A stretch of DNA of 64,000 bases from Candidatus Latescibacterota bacterium. GTDB taxonomy: Bacteria; Latescibacterota; UBA2968; UBA8231. The translations under genes were made by a program, and so were the position numbers. Location of the stretch: NCBI GenBank assembly GCA_965248355.1, contig OZ252098.1:800001-864000 (forward strand). The letters run 5' to 3'. Positions 38,728-49,411 of the stretch are shown piece after piece. The notes beneath the pieces were generated by a model. That model saw only the letters and a program-made list of their open reading frames with translations. It was not told where the DNA came from and ran no database searches. The first letter of the stretch is position 1. Each line of letters begins with the position of its first letter.

Positions 38728-39291
38728 TAGCTCGGGCGGGATTTCACCCGTCAAGGCGTTGCCATGGAGATACAACCCCTGCAGGTTGGCCAGGTCGCTC
38801 AGTTCGGGTGGAATCGGGCCTGAGAGCTCGTTGTGCGAGAAGGCAAGCCATTTCAGCTTCTCCAGTTTTCCAATCTCGGCAGGGATCGGACCCGTCAGCT
38901 TGTTCTCGAAGATGTACAAAATCTCCAGGTCGGTCAGCTCTGCCAACGTGGGTGGGAGCGTTCCCGTCAGCCCGACCCCTGCGAGAACCAACTTCCTGAC
39001 GAAAGAATGGTCGACCCAAACGCCCCTCCACCTCGTGATGGGTCTATCGGGCCCCCAGTTCAAGGCAGCGTCCCCGGCCAGTTGATCGCGGAGGGCAAGC
39101 AGCACCTTGCAGTCCGCCACCAGCTGGGGATGGTCTTCCGGATGTGGCACGGAGATGCCGTTGGCGCAAGGACTTTGGTCCGGCCCTACCTGGGCGGCGG
39201 CCGGAGCCGAGCCCGCAAGAGCGCCCAGCAGGCAGGTCGCCAGCCAACGGGCGGGAGTGAAGAGCCGCCCGGTATGCCCCTGCCAATCCAT

Positions 39292-39332
39292 AGGATGTCT
39301 CATCGGGATGATCAGGATGTCTCATCGGGATG
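39292..39332. repeat. two exact copies of the 19-mer AGGATGTCTCATCGGGATG, 22-nt period, over the LRR gene start
   Basis: Copies at 39292-39310 and 39314-39332. Confidence 0.85.
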
Positions 39333-39434
39333 TCCTTCGCCTCGCCCAAGCCAAGTCCCAGCATGGCCTCCCACGTAGTTGGCGCCTTAGATTCGACCGC
39401 CTCAGACCCCTACGGTCAAGGGAGATCGTAACCC

Positions 39435-41723
39435 ATGAGCGACTACGTAGCCAACGCCGTCCTGTCCACAAGGGAGTACCGCGTCGTGGGCCGGCGCCCG
39501 GTGCGCCACGACGGCGCCGACAAGGTGACCGGCAAGGCGCGCTACGGCGCCGACATGGTGCTGCCGCGCATGCTCTACGGCAGGATCCTGCGCTCGCCTC
39601 ACGCCCACGCCCGCATCGAGAGCCTCGACACGAGCCGCGCCGAGGCGGCGCCCGGGGTGAAGGCCGTGGTCACGGCGCGTGACTTCCCGGACCCCGGCCG
39701 ACCGCCCGGCGCCTTCCAGCTGCTCAACCTGATGGCCCGCGACAAGGTGTGGTACAAAGGCCATGCCGTGGCCGCCGTGGCCGCCGCCGGTCCCCACGAG
39801 GCGGAGGAGGCCCTCGATCTGATCGACGTGCGCTACACGCCCCTGCCGGCGGTCTTCGACGCCGGCCAGGCCATGGCCGACGGGGCGCCCCTGCTGCACG
39901 GGGATCTGCAGGCGGTCATGGATCCGGACAGCCTCGAGCTGGAGACCTGGCCGCCGAACGTGGCCAATCACCCCGAGCTCGAGCTCGGCGACGTGGACGA
40001 GGGCTTCCGCCGGGCCGAGGTGATCGTGGAGAAGAGCACGACGACCAAGGCCGTGCACCAGGGATACATCGAGCCCCACGCGGGCACGGCCATGTGGCAC
40101 GAGGACGGACGGCTGACGATCTGGAGCAGCAGCCAGGGCCACTTCTCGGTGCGCGAGCAGACGGCCCGGGCCTGCGGCGTGCCGGTGTCGCAGGTGCGCG
40201 CCGTGCCGCTGGAGATCGGCGGCGGTTTCGGCGCCAAGCTGCGGGTCTACGTGGAGCCGGTGGCGGCCCTGCTGGCGCGCAAGGCGCGGGTTCCGGTGAA
40301 GATCGCCATGACCCGCGCCGAGGTCTTCGAGGCCACGGGGCCCACATCGGGCACCCAGATCCAGGTCCGCATCGGGGCCACCCGCGACGGCCGGCTCACC
40401 GCCGCCTCGGCCCGCCTGGTCTACGAGGCCGGCTGCTTTCCCGGCTCCTCCGTGGGCGGCGGGCTGCGCTGCATGTTCTCGCCGTATCACATCCCCAACG
40501 CCGCCATCGAGGGCTTCGACGTGGTCGTCAACCGCCCGAAGACGGCGGCCTACCGGGCGCCGGGCACGCCGGCGGCGGCCTACGCCGTGGAGACGGCCCT
40601 GGACGAGCTGGCCCGGCGGCTGGGCATGGACCCCATCGAGCTGCGCCTGAAGAACTGCGCCGCCGAGGGCACCCGCACCATCGCCGGCACCACCCTGCCC
40701 AAGGTGGGGTTCGCGGAGGTCCTGGAAGCGGCCCGGGACCACCACCACTACCGGACGCCTCTCGAGGGCCCGTGGAGGGGCCGCGGCGTGGCCAGCGGGT
40801 TCTGGGGCAACGGCTCGGGCCCGTCGAGCGCGGTGGCCGTGGTCCACGCCGACGGCACCGTGCACCTGGCCGAGGGCTCGCCCGACATCGGCGGCACCCG
40901 CACGAGCGTGGCCCAGCAGTTCGCGGAGACCCTGGGACTGGCCGTGGAGGACGTGCGCCCGGAGGTGGCCGACACCGACTCGGTGGGTCAGACCTCCAAC
41001 ACCGGCGGCAGCGGCGTCACCTTCAAGACGGGGTACGCGGCCATCACCGCGGCCGAGGACGTGAAGGGCCAGCTCGTGGAGCGCGCCTCCCGGATCTGGG
41101 AGTGCGACCCCGGTCAGGTGAGCTACGCGGACGGCGTGCTGACCCACGCGGGCGATCCGGAGCTGCGGCTCACCCTCCGGGAGATCGCCGCCAGCGCCGC
41201 GAGGACGGGCGGACCCATCGTCGGCCGGGCGGGGGTCAGCCCCTCGGGCGCCGGGCCCGCATTGGCGACGCACATCGTCGATGTCGAGGTCGACCCCGAG
41301 ACCGGCAAGGTGGAGATCCTGCGCTACACGGCCGTGCAGGACGCCGGCAAGGCGATCCATCCCAGCTACGTGGAGGGCCAGATCCAGGGCGCCGTGGCCC
41401 AGGGGGTGGGCTGGGCGCTCAACGAGGAGTACTTCACCAACGCCGAAGGGGTCATGGAGAACTCGACCTTCCTCGACTACCGAATGCCCACCAGCCTCGA
41501 CCTGCCCATGGTCGACACGGTGATCGTCGAGGTCCACAACCCCGGCCACCCCTTCGGTGTTCGGGGCGTCGGCGAGGTGCCCATCGTGCCGCCCCCGGCG
41601 GCGGTGGCCAACGCCGTGTACGCGGCCACGGGCGCCCGCATCGACGACCTGCCCATGAACCCGCCGGCGGTGGTGGCCGCCATCGCGCGGGCGCAGGAGG
41701 AGCGCCTGGCGGCGGGGGGTTGA
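39435..41723 (+). CDS. xanthine dehydrogenase-family molybdopterin-binding large subunit
   Basis: DKVTGKARY, LRSPHAHARI, IGGGFGAK, AYRAPG, QIQGAVAQG and RGVGE motifs. Confidence 0.92.
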   Translation: MSDYVANAVLSTREYRVVGRRPVRHDGADKVTGKARYGADMVLPRMLYGRILRSPHAHARIESLDTSRAEAAPGVKAVVTARDFPDPGRPPGAFQLLNLMARDKVWYKGHAVAAVAAAGPHEAEEALDLIDVRYTPLPAVFDAGQAMADGAPLLHGDLQAVMDPDSLELETWPPNVANHPELELGDVDEGFRRAEVIVEKSTTTKAVHQGYIEPHAGTAMWHEDGRLTIWSSSQGHFSVREQTARACGVPVSQVRAVPLEIGGGFGAKLRVYVEPVAALLARKARVPVKIAMTRAEVFEATGPTSGTQIQVRIGATRDGRLTAASARLVYEAGCFPGSSVGGGLRCMFSPYHIPNAAIEGFDVVVNRPKTAAYRAPGTPAAAYAVETALDELARRLGMDPIELRLKNCAAEGTRTIAGTTLPKVGFAEVLEAARDHHHYRTPLEGPWRGRGVASGFWGNGSGPSSAVAVVHADGTVHLAEGSPDIGGTRTSVAQQFAETLGLAVEDVRPEVADTDSVGQTSNTGGSGVTFKTGYAAITAAEDVKGQLVERASRIWECDPGQVSYADGVLTHAGDPELRLTLREIAASAARTGGPIVGRAGVSPSGAGPALATHIVDVEVDPETGKVEILRYTAVQDAGKAIHPSYVEGQIQGAVAQGVGWALNEEYFTNAEGVMENSTFLDYRMPTSLDLPMVDTVIVEVHNPGHPFGVRGVGEVPIVPPPAAVANAVYAATGARIDDLPMNPPAVVAAIARAQEERLAAGG

Positions 41724-41726
41724 GGG

Positions 41727-44125
41727 GTGAAAGCCTACCCGCAGCCGGAGGCGGTCTTCGGGGAGGCGCGGTGGATCACCGTGCCGGGACCGCATCCTGA
41801 CAACTGCACCTTCCTCGCCCGCCGCGGCTTCACGGTGGCGCAGGTCCCGCGGCCGGCTACCCTGCGCATCGCCGCGGAATCGAGGTACGCCCTGTACCTC
41901 AACGGCCGCTACCTGGGCTCGGGACCGGCGCGCGGCACCCACTACCGCTACTTCTACGACAGCTACGAGGTTGGGGATCTGCTGGTGGCGGGTCCCAACA
42001 CCCTCGCCGTGCGCGTCCACTGCCCGCTCAAGGGTACCACCGGCACGGTACCGCCCGTGCTGCCGGCGCTGATCGCGCGGCTGGATCAGCTGGTCGTCAG
42101 CGATGCCTCGTGGCAGGTCTGCGCCGACCCGGCCCATCGCGCCGACGCGCTCGAGTACAACCTTCACATCGGCTACTCCGAGTACCGGGACCTGCGCCGG
42201 GATCCCGAGGGCTGGGAGGTGGGGGAGGACCGGTTCGACGGTTGGCCGGACGCGCTCGAGGTGGGCGCCGCAGACGACGGTCTCGACGGCCGGGTGCTCA
42301 CCCCGCGGGACATTCCACCCCTCACCGAGCGCCACTGCCGGCCGGCGCGCATCGTCGACACCGGCGCCGTGCCGCTGCACCGTCCGGGAGTCGAGGACGA
42401 CCTGGACTACGCCGGGCTGATGCAGGTGGAGATGCACCTGGGCCTCTCCCATCAGCTCTTCAAGCAGACCGACGCCCTCACCCGGGGCGGCGCCGCCACG
42501 ATCCTGCCCTCGCCGCGGCTCACCACCCTGGCGTCGGCGGAGGGCGCCTACCTGATCGCCGACTTCGAGCGCGCCATCTGCGGGCACCTGGTGCTGGATA
42601 TCGAGGCCCCCTCCGGCACCATCGTCGACGTCGGCTACGATGAGGCGCTCAGCAACGGGCGCCTGGATCCGAAACGCTTCAACCCCCTCGGGCCGATCTA
42701 CCGGTTCGCCGATCGCTACATCCTGCGCGGCGGCCGCCAGCAGGTGGCCAGCCGGCTCCACGACCGGGGGGCCCGCATCGTGCAGCTCACTCTGCGCCGG
42801 TTCTCCGAGCCGGTCCACGTGCACGGGCTGGAGCTGGTGGACCGGGTCTACCCCTTGCCCCTGCAGGCGTCGTTCCACTGCGATCAGCCTTTCCTGAACC
42901 GGCTCTGGGAGAAGTCGTGCGCCACCGTGGCCGCCTGCAGCACCGATCTGTTCATCGACTGCCCGTGGCGCGAGCAGACCTTCTGGCTCGACGACTACTA
43001 CGAGGAGAACCTCTACTACCTCTGTCTGACCGCCGAGCGCACCTTCCTGGAGCGCAACCTGCGGGTGAGCGCGGAGGCGGCCTTGCCCAACGGCCAGATG
43101 CCCGGCCGCTACCCGTCGGCCCGCGACGAGCTGCTGCCGGTGACCACCGCCAACTGGATCATGGTCCTGGGCGACTACTACCGGTTCACCGGCGACCTGT
43201 CCCTGGTGCGGGAACTGCTGCCGGTGGCCGACGCGGCCCTGGGGTGGTTCGACTCGCTGCGCGATACCGACCTGCTGGTGCCCGATCAGACCGACCAGTG
43301 GAACTTCATCGACTGGGGGTACGACACCGCCGGCATCCAGCTGGGCGGGAAGACGGCCGTCCTCAACATGCTGGTGGCCGCGGTCTGCAAGGAGGCGGCC
43401 GGGTGCACGCGGCCGCCGGCCACGCGGAGCGGGCCCGGCACCTGGAGGCCCTCTCCCGGGACACCGTCGCCGCCTTGCTGAAGGCCCTGTGGCTGCCCGA
43501 GGAGCGCCGCCTCCTCGACTGCACCGAGCCGGGAGACGGCCGGCGCACCTTCAGCCAGATCCCGCACGCCCTCGGCCTGTACTACGACCTGCTGCCGGCC
43601 GAGCACCGGGAGGGGGCGCTGGAGTCGCTGGTCGATCCGGAGGTGGTGCGGGCCGAGCTGGGCTACCAGTACTTCGTGTTGGCCTCCCTGGCGCGCGCCG
43701 GCCGCGGCGGGCGCGCCCTGGCGGTGCTGCGCGAGATATGGGGCGGCATGGTCGCCGCGGACACGCCCACCCTGTGGGAGGTGGTCGACGGCCGTTCCTC
43801 CATGAGCGGCTGCGGCAGCCTGTGCCACGCCTACGCCTGCGCGCCCCTGCCGATCCTGCAGAGCACGGTCCTCGGCGTCAGTCCGCTGCGGCCGGGTTTC
43901 GCGGAGTTCCGGTTCGCCCCCCGGAGTCTGGGAGTCCGCTGGGCCGAGGGGCGGGTGCCGACCCCCCACGGTGCCGTGGAGGTGTCCTGGTCGCAGCGGG
44001 AATCGGACGGCCCCCTGGCGGCCACCATCGTCGTGCCGGAAGGGACGGTTGCGGTGTACGCCGATGGGCGGCGCCTGGAGCCGGGGACCCACGGCCTGCA
44101 GATCGCGGCGGAAGAGACGGACTGA
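41727..44125 (+). pseudogene. alpha-L-rhamnosidase (GH78-like), frameshifted near 43400 (apparent 1-nt loss)
   Basis: IDCPWREQ..W..D and FIDW in frame 1; TLWE...SLCHA and VPTPHG in frame 2. Confidence 0.8.
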
Positions 44126-44204
44126 ACCTCGCCCTGAACCGTGCGCGCCCCGGCATTGCGGCCGCGTCAGGGCGGCCTGCCTGCCAGAGAGACGGAGATC
44201 CACC

Positions 44205-46958
44205 ATGAGAACCGAACTGGTCCTGCACTACGCCTTTGGTGCGTCCGACGATCTCGTTGAACGAGACCTGAGCGGAGCCGGCCATGACGGCAGAATCGTG
44301 GGAGGCGCCAGACGTGTGGAGGGTGAATTCGGCAGCGCCCTGGAGCTTGATGGGACGGATGGGCATGTCGATTGCGGGGCCGGGCCGGGCCTGAACATCG
44401 GCAAGGCGGGAACGATCATGTTCTGGTTGAAGCCCCGGACCCCGAGGCAGGGCGGGATCGTCAGTTGGTCGGCGGGCCCGAAGGAGGCGGATCAGCGCCT
44501 GGTGATTTCTCTCAATACCTGGAAGCAGAATGGTTTCGCCGGTGAACAGCGGCACGAAGCTCTGGGGACCTATGCCGCCGACGGTGAGCACTTCGGCGAG
44601 CAGTTCCGTACGCCCGAGCACAAGCCGTGGTTCCCGCCGCCGGATGAGTGGACCTTCTGCGCCGTGACCTTCGATGGGCGTTCGATGAACTTCTATCGGG
44701 ACGGCGTAGCCGTGGAGACGCGGTTTCAGACGCTGGTTCCCGACACCGAGGGTGTGCCGCTGTGGCTGGGTCGATGCGTGGGTCTGGGCGGGCCGGGCGA
44801 CTACTACAAGGGATGGATCGCCGACGTGCGCATCTACCAGGGCGCATTGTGCCACCAGGAGATCTACCGGCGCTACATGGAGTCAGCCGCGGGGCGAAGC
44901 AAAGACACCTCCCACTTCGGGTCCGTTGCCGTCAAGACGGTCGTCAATCCGGAGGCGGGTACGATCTTCGCCGACCTGGACTATCGCGGCCTGGCGCCAA
45001 TAGCCGACAGGCCCGCACTTGCGGCAACTCTCTTCGACGGCAGCGGCCAGGCCGTGGCCCGGGCGAAGATGCGCATGGCGCCGTCCTGGGGGCATGCCGA
45101 GGCGGTGCTGGACGTAGCCGAGCTTCCCGCCGGCGGCTACACCCTGCGGGTCGAGCCGGGCCGGGGCGAGGCCGCCGGTGAGATGGTCGAATGGCCGGGA
45201 AGAGCCAGGGGCTGGGAGTCGGTGAAGGTGCTGAACAACTTCTGCTGGGAGCTTCTCGACGAGCTGCCGGTCGCCGGTCAGTCCGAGTATCCCTTCACCA
45301 ACCCACGGCGCGGCTGGGTCTACTTCCGGATCGAGAGCGAAGGGGACTTGACGCTTCGAGTGGCCGGCGGGACCCCGGAGGTCGTCAACGATCCGGAGAA
45401 GGGCGGCAAGCAGGAGGTGATGCGTTGGATGGAGGCCGGTGAGCACCGGATCGCGCTCGGAGGCACCGGCAGGCTCGACCGCATCATCGTGCGCTCCGTT
45501 CCCATCCTGTTGTTCTGGCACTATCCCCACATCGGGCCGGGCACCGGGGACGACGGGGAATACCTGGACCAGCATGTCCTCAATTCCTGCAACACGATCC
45601 ACACCCACCACTCCGGCCCCGACTCCGGTACGAGCAGGTTCCTGGAGGAGTGGGTGGGGGAACGAGGACTCTTCGCCATGGAAGGCCTCTACCTGCTGCA
45701 GGATGTCCATGACAGGCTCGAGGATGACACGGCACAGCAGCAGATCGCGGACTTCCTGACCGAGAGCCCGGGCCTGCGGGAGGCCCGGTACCGAGGCGTG
45801 ATCCTCGACGAGTTCTCGCCCGGCGACGACGTGCAGATGTTCAACAAGAGCTACTACGACGAGTGGACGCGGGCCTGCGCCGCGATCCTCGAGGATCCCC
45901 GGTATGCCGGTCGGCTCATCATGCCGGCCATGGGCTACAACATGTACGACTTCGAGAAGAGCGCCGCCTTCCTCGCCGGGCTCATCGAGCACGGTTCCTA
46001 CGTCATCGAGGAGCACTACCTGAACGAGTGCGATACCGAGGATGAGGCGTGGCGGTCGATCCACGAGATCGGCGCCGGCCTCGAGCCCAGGCGGCAGCAG
46101 GCGAGTCCCGGCTACACCCGGCACGTGATCAAGCTGCTCAGCTACCTCCAACGTGAGATCTGGAATCCGGCCTGCAACTTCCGGGTCTTCCTTGACATGC
46201 AGTTCGAGCACCATGCCACACGGCCGGAATTCTTCGGCGTCGGCGGTATCGGCGCCTACTCCAGCTACAACTGCAACAACGAGGAATATGTCCGATGGGT
46301 GGCCGAGTTGATGCGGCACTATGCCATGGAAGGCCACACCGATCGGTTGAGCACCGATCCGTACGAGGTCGCACAGATTCGCAATCCCGACTTCCTCGAG
46401 GGGACCGGAGGCTGGACGCTGCAGCCGGCCGAGGAGGGGAGCATGAGGGTGAGGAGCCACAAGGGCTACGGACTCACCCAGGAACGACGCCCTCATCGGA
46501 GCCACACGGAGATGCCCTTCCTCTGGACCCGGCGCTCGGGGTCGATGCCGAACCGCTTCTCCCAGGAGATCCGCAACCTGGAAGCAGGCAGACTCTATCT
46601 CGTGCGGCTATGGGTGGGAGACTACACCGAGCTGCTGGCCGGGGAGTCGAGAGACGAGCCGCGGGCGATCCGTCTGCGGGTGGACGGCGGCGAAGATTGG
46701 GACGACTGGTACCGCACACAGTCGTACACGGGCAACGAGTTCACCTTTGCCAGCTATCTGCCACCCTTCAGCGCCGACAACCGCTGTTACTTCAGGATCC
46801 ACCAGCTCATCTTCCGCGCCAGGGGTCCCACGGCTCAACTGGTCATCGGGGACTGGAAAAGTGATTCCGAGCCGGGCGGCCCCATCGGTCAGGAACTGAT
46901 GTTCAACATGATCGACGTGCACCCTTACCTGGAACCGGAGGGTGCCGGCGGGAGCTGA
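44205..46958 (+). CDS. large hypothetical protein with an N-terminal LamG/concanavalin A-like domain
   Basis: DLSG.GHDG...G.FGSALELDG, WTFCAVTFDG and YKGWIADVRIY..AL motifs; GGAG RBS. Confidence 0.75.
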   Translation: MRTELVLHYAFGASDDLVERDLSGAGHDGRIVGGARRVEGEFGSALELDGTDGHVDCGAGPGLNIGKAGTIMFWLKPRTPRQGGIVSWSAGPKEADQRLVISLNTWKQNGFAGEQRHEALGTYAADGEHFGEQFRTPEHKPWFPPPDEWTFCAVTFDGRSMNFYRDGVAVETRFQTLVPDTEGVPLWLGRCVGLGGPGDYYKGWIADVRIYQGALCHQEIYRRYMESAAGRSKDTSHFGSVAVKTVVNPEAGTIFADLDYRGLAPIADRPALAATLFDGSGQAVARAKMRMAPSWGHAEAVLDVAELPAGGYTLRVEPGRGEAAGEMVEWPGRARGWESVKVLNNFCWELLDELPVAGQSEYPFTNPRRGWVYFRIESEGDLTLRVAGGTPEVVNDPEKGGKQEVMRWMEAGEHRIALGGTGRLDRIIVRSVPILLFWHYPHIGPGTGDDGEYLDQHVLNSCNTIHTHHSGPDSGTSRFLEEWVGERGLFAMEGLYLLQDVHDRLEDDTAQQQIADFLTESPGLREARYRGVILDEFSPGDDVQMFNKSYYDEWTRACAAILEDPRYAGRLIMPAMGYNMYDFEKSAAFLAGLIEHGSYVIEEHYLNECDTEDEAWRSIHEIGAGLEPRRQQASPGYTRHVIKLLSYLQREIWNPACNFRVFLDMQFEHHATRPEFFGVGGIGAYSSYNCNNEEYVRWVAELMRHYAMEGHTDRLSTDPYEVAQIRNPDFLEGTGGWTLQPAEEGSMRVRSHKGYGLTQERRPHRSHTEMPFLWTRRSGSMPNRFSQEIRNLEAGRLYLVRLWVGDYTELLAGESRDEPRAIRLRVDGGEDWDDWYRTQSYTGNEFTFASYLPPFSADNRCYFRIHQLIFRARGPTAQLVIGDWKSDSEPGGPIGQELMFNMIDVHPYLEPEGAGGS

Positions 46959-47037
46959 TGCAGCGCCGACCAGTAATTGAGTCAGGCGGCGCCGTGCCTG
47001 GTGTGGCGAGGTCCCCGGCCCCGCCGTCAGGGGGAAG

Positions 47038-48132
47038 TCACTCTCCGTAGAGCCATCGCACCCCGATGCGGGCCAGGCGGATCCCGTCCAGGGCGTGGTA
47101 GTTCACCAGGGCGACGCGGTCGTCGTCGATCCAGGTGAGGCCCGGGTAGCCATAGTCCCCGAAGCCACCCTCCGGATCGGGCGCCAGACAGCGAAACCGC
47201 CCCCAGGTCCGCCCTCCGTCGGTCGAGATCGCCGAGGTGAGGGGCGAACGCACCTTGCCGAGGGGGATCTCCAGCTCGCCGACGCGGACCACCTGCTGCT
47301 TCTCACCCCTGCAGAAGGCGGGCGCAAGCGGGTTCCTGCAGAAGATGACCAGAATGTCACCGGTCGCAGGGATGCGCGTCGCCAGGAACCCTGCGCACGG
47401 GTCGGGGAGCTGCGGGATCAGCTCCGGCCGGGACCAGGTGAGGGCGTCGTCCTCCGAGTAGGAGCGCGCGAGGTACCCCCGTCGCGTGCGGCACATCATG
47501 AGCAGCCGGCCGTCGCCCAGCTCGACCACACTCGGCTCTTCGGTAGACCCGCCGAGGTCGACGAAGTCGCGGCTCGGCCACCACGAATACCCGTCGTCGT
47601 CGGAATGGAAGCAGAGGGAGACGCAGTGGTCCCAGCCTGTCAGCCAGAATCCTTCCACCGGAATGACGATGCGCCCCGATGACAGCTGGACCACTTTGTC
47701 AGCCTGGCTCTGGCACGACCCCGGGTAGTGAGCCGCGCAGATTGGCGAGCTCCAGGTTGCGCCGTCGTCCGTCGAGCGGCGCACGTAGACGTGCTGGTCC
47801 AGAGTGGGTGTGTGATCGCCCCAGCCCCGGGGCCGCGCGCTGAGCACCTCGAGCGTGTAGAACAGAAGCACCTCGCCGCTCTCCAGCCGCAGCAAGGTGG
47901 GGGCGATGGTCTCGAAGTTGTCCTCCCGGGGCAGCGGCGCGAACGGGTCGCCCCAGGTGCGGCCGTCATCCAGAGACCTTCGTGCCTCGAGCCAGCATTC
48001 CCCCTTCAGCGGGTTGGTCTCGATGGCATGGACGAAGAGCAGGGAGCCATCGGTCATTCGAAGTATGCTGCCCGAGATGCCGCGGTGGGTGCGGTCGGGC
48101 GGCAGGGGTACCACCACGGTCTCTTCAAACAT
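47038..48132 (-). CDS. sialidase-family (BNR/Asp-box) protein
   Basis: Five Asp-boxes; EEPSVVEL.DGRLLM..R and YGYP motifs. Confidence 0.82.
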   Translation of the reverse strand: MFEETVVVPLPPDRTHRGISGSILRMTDGSLLFVHAIETNPLKGECWLEARRSLDDGRTWGDPFAPLPREDNFETIAPTLLRLESGEVLLFYTLEVLSARPRGWGDHTPTLDQHVYVRRSTDDGATWSSPICAAHYPGSCQSQADKVVQLSSGRIVIPVEGFWLTGWDHCVSLCFHSDDDGYSWWPSRDFVDLGGSTEEPSVVELGDGRLLMMCRTRRGYLARSYSEDDALTWSRPELIPQLPDPCAGFLATRIPATGDILVIFCRNPLAPAFCRGEKQQVVRVGELEIPLGKVRSPLTSAISTDGGRTWGRFRCLAPDPEGGFGDYGYPGLTWIDDDRVALVNYHALDGIRLARIGVRWLYGE

Positions 48133-48144
48133 GATCTGGCCGCC

Positions 48145-49287
48145 TCAGGCGGGCCGGTCCTTGTCGGGGTGCCAGTGGGTCACGGCCACATGGGTGGTCC
48201 CGTCCGCGGGAGTGATGTAGTAGGCCGTCAGGATCCTGCCGTCGTCAAGCTCGGTCGAGACCGGATATCCGACGTCCGAGCTGCCGAAGCCGGGTTGGGC
48301 GCGTTTCCCCGCCGGCCACGCCGTCGACGCCGTACCGCCGTCGTCCCGCAGCACGTACTCGTGCTCGAGGTCCCAGGCGGCCCCGTCCTCGCTGATCAGG
48401 GCGCGCACTCCCATCGGTTTGCGCCGGTACCCGAAGCTGCACACGATCCGTCCATCCCTCAGCTTCAGGAGATGGTTGGGATACCCCTGGAAGGCGGTCT
48501 CCACCGGCTGGGTCCAGGTCCTGCCGCCGTCCTCCGACCAGACCTCCAGCGCGTAGATGCGGTCGTTCTCCGGATGCCCCCAGCGGTAGCCGGAGCGCAG
48601 GTGTCCCAGCACCACTCCCGGAGCGACCTCCGCCAGCGCCCACTCGTTGCACACCCTGGGGACGCAGAGGTGCAGCCGCCACGTCTCCCCCTTGTCGCTC
48701 GACCGGAAGATGAGGCCGTCGCCGCCGCCGTCGGGACGGCTGGTGTAGACCGGGAACAGCCAGGTGCCGTCGTCGAGGATGGCGCCGCGGGGAAAGCCGA
48801 TCAGCAAGGCGTAGCCCGGCACCGTCCAGGTGCGCCGCTCCCAGCTGGCGCCCTGGTCCCGCGATCGGATCACCGACAGGCGATGGCCCGAGACGACGAG
48901 CCTTCCCGGGAGCTGGCCGCTGACGATTTCGTCCTCGATGATCCGCAGTCCCCGGGCCTCGGCCTCGGCCCGGCGACCGGGCTCCCAGCACTCGTACCCG
49001 ACGGAGCCGACCGCCATCCACGTGCCGTCCGGCAGGACGCCGCAGAGGCGGTCGTAGCGCTCCCGCGGGGTGCTGCCGGGCCAGTTGGGCGGCAGGGCGG
49101 GATCGTCCGAGCGGCTCCAGGTCTCGCCCTTGTCCGTCGACTCGAAGACCGGCCAGTCTCCCATGGCCATGTGATCGCCCACGGGTGAGGAGACGCAGCC
49201 GATGGCGAGGCGGCCATCGGCGAGCTGATGCAGGACCGGGAAGGCGTTGTAACGGCCCTCCTGTCTCAGGACGATGGTGTGTTTCAC
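48145..49287 (-). CDS. sialidase-family (BNR/Asp-box) protein (start could be 49323)
   Basis: YNAFP, four Asp-boxes, NE, and DVGYP.S.EL.DG...T.YY motifs. Confidence 0.8.
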   Translation of the reverse strand: MKHTIVLRQEGRYNAFPVLHQLADGRLAIGCVSSPVGDHMAMGDWPVFESTDKGETWSRSDDPALPPNWPGSTPRERYDRLCGVLPDGTWMAVGSVGYECWEPGRRAEAEARGLRIIEDEIVSGQLPGRLVVSGHRLSVIRSRDQGASWERRTWTVPGYALLIGFPRGAILDDGTWLFPVYTSRPDGGGDGLIFRSSDKGETWRLHLCVPRVCNEWALAEVAPGVVLGHLRSGYRWGHPENDRIYALEVWSEDGGRTWTQPVETAFQGYPNHLLKLRDGRIVCSFGYRRKPMGVRALISEDGAAWDLEHEYVLRDDGGTASTAWPAGKRAQPGFGSSDVGYPVSTELDDGRILTAYYITPADGTTHVAVTHWHPDKDRPA

Positions 49288-49411
49288 GGCTGCTGTTGGC
49301 CCACGGACGGCCGCTGTCTTCATTTGCGAGGTCTGAACCGCGGAGGTGACTCCGGCGGTTGTCCCGGGGCAAGGTAGGAGAGCCCCGGCCCCCCCGACAA
49401 GCTCGAAGCCG

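Larger units (their letters stand above)
35746..39303 (-). pseudogene. secreted plant-type LRR protein (~20 repeats of 24 aa) with a C-terminal FlgD-Ig/T9SS-like domain, interrupted by IS630; about 794 aa when rejoined
   Basis: Removing the IS and one TA restores ...GEIPPELARLEKLRVLNL... in frame; LxxLxLxxNxLTGxIPxELG repeats; PNFPNPFN...YNLLGQ.VRTLV...AGVY tail. Confidence 0.9.

Noticed and set aside
43380..43420. Programmed frameshift in the GH78 (or Ogl-like) gene
   Set aside because: No slippery heptamer or long homopolymer at the junctions; mutation or sequencing error is simpler.
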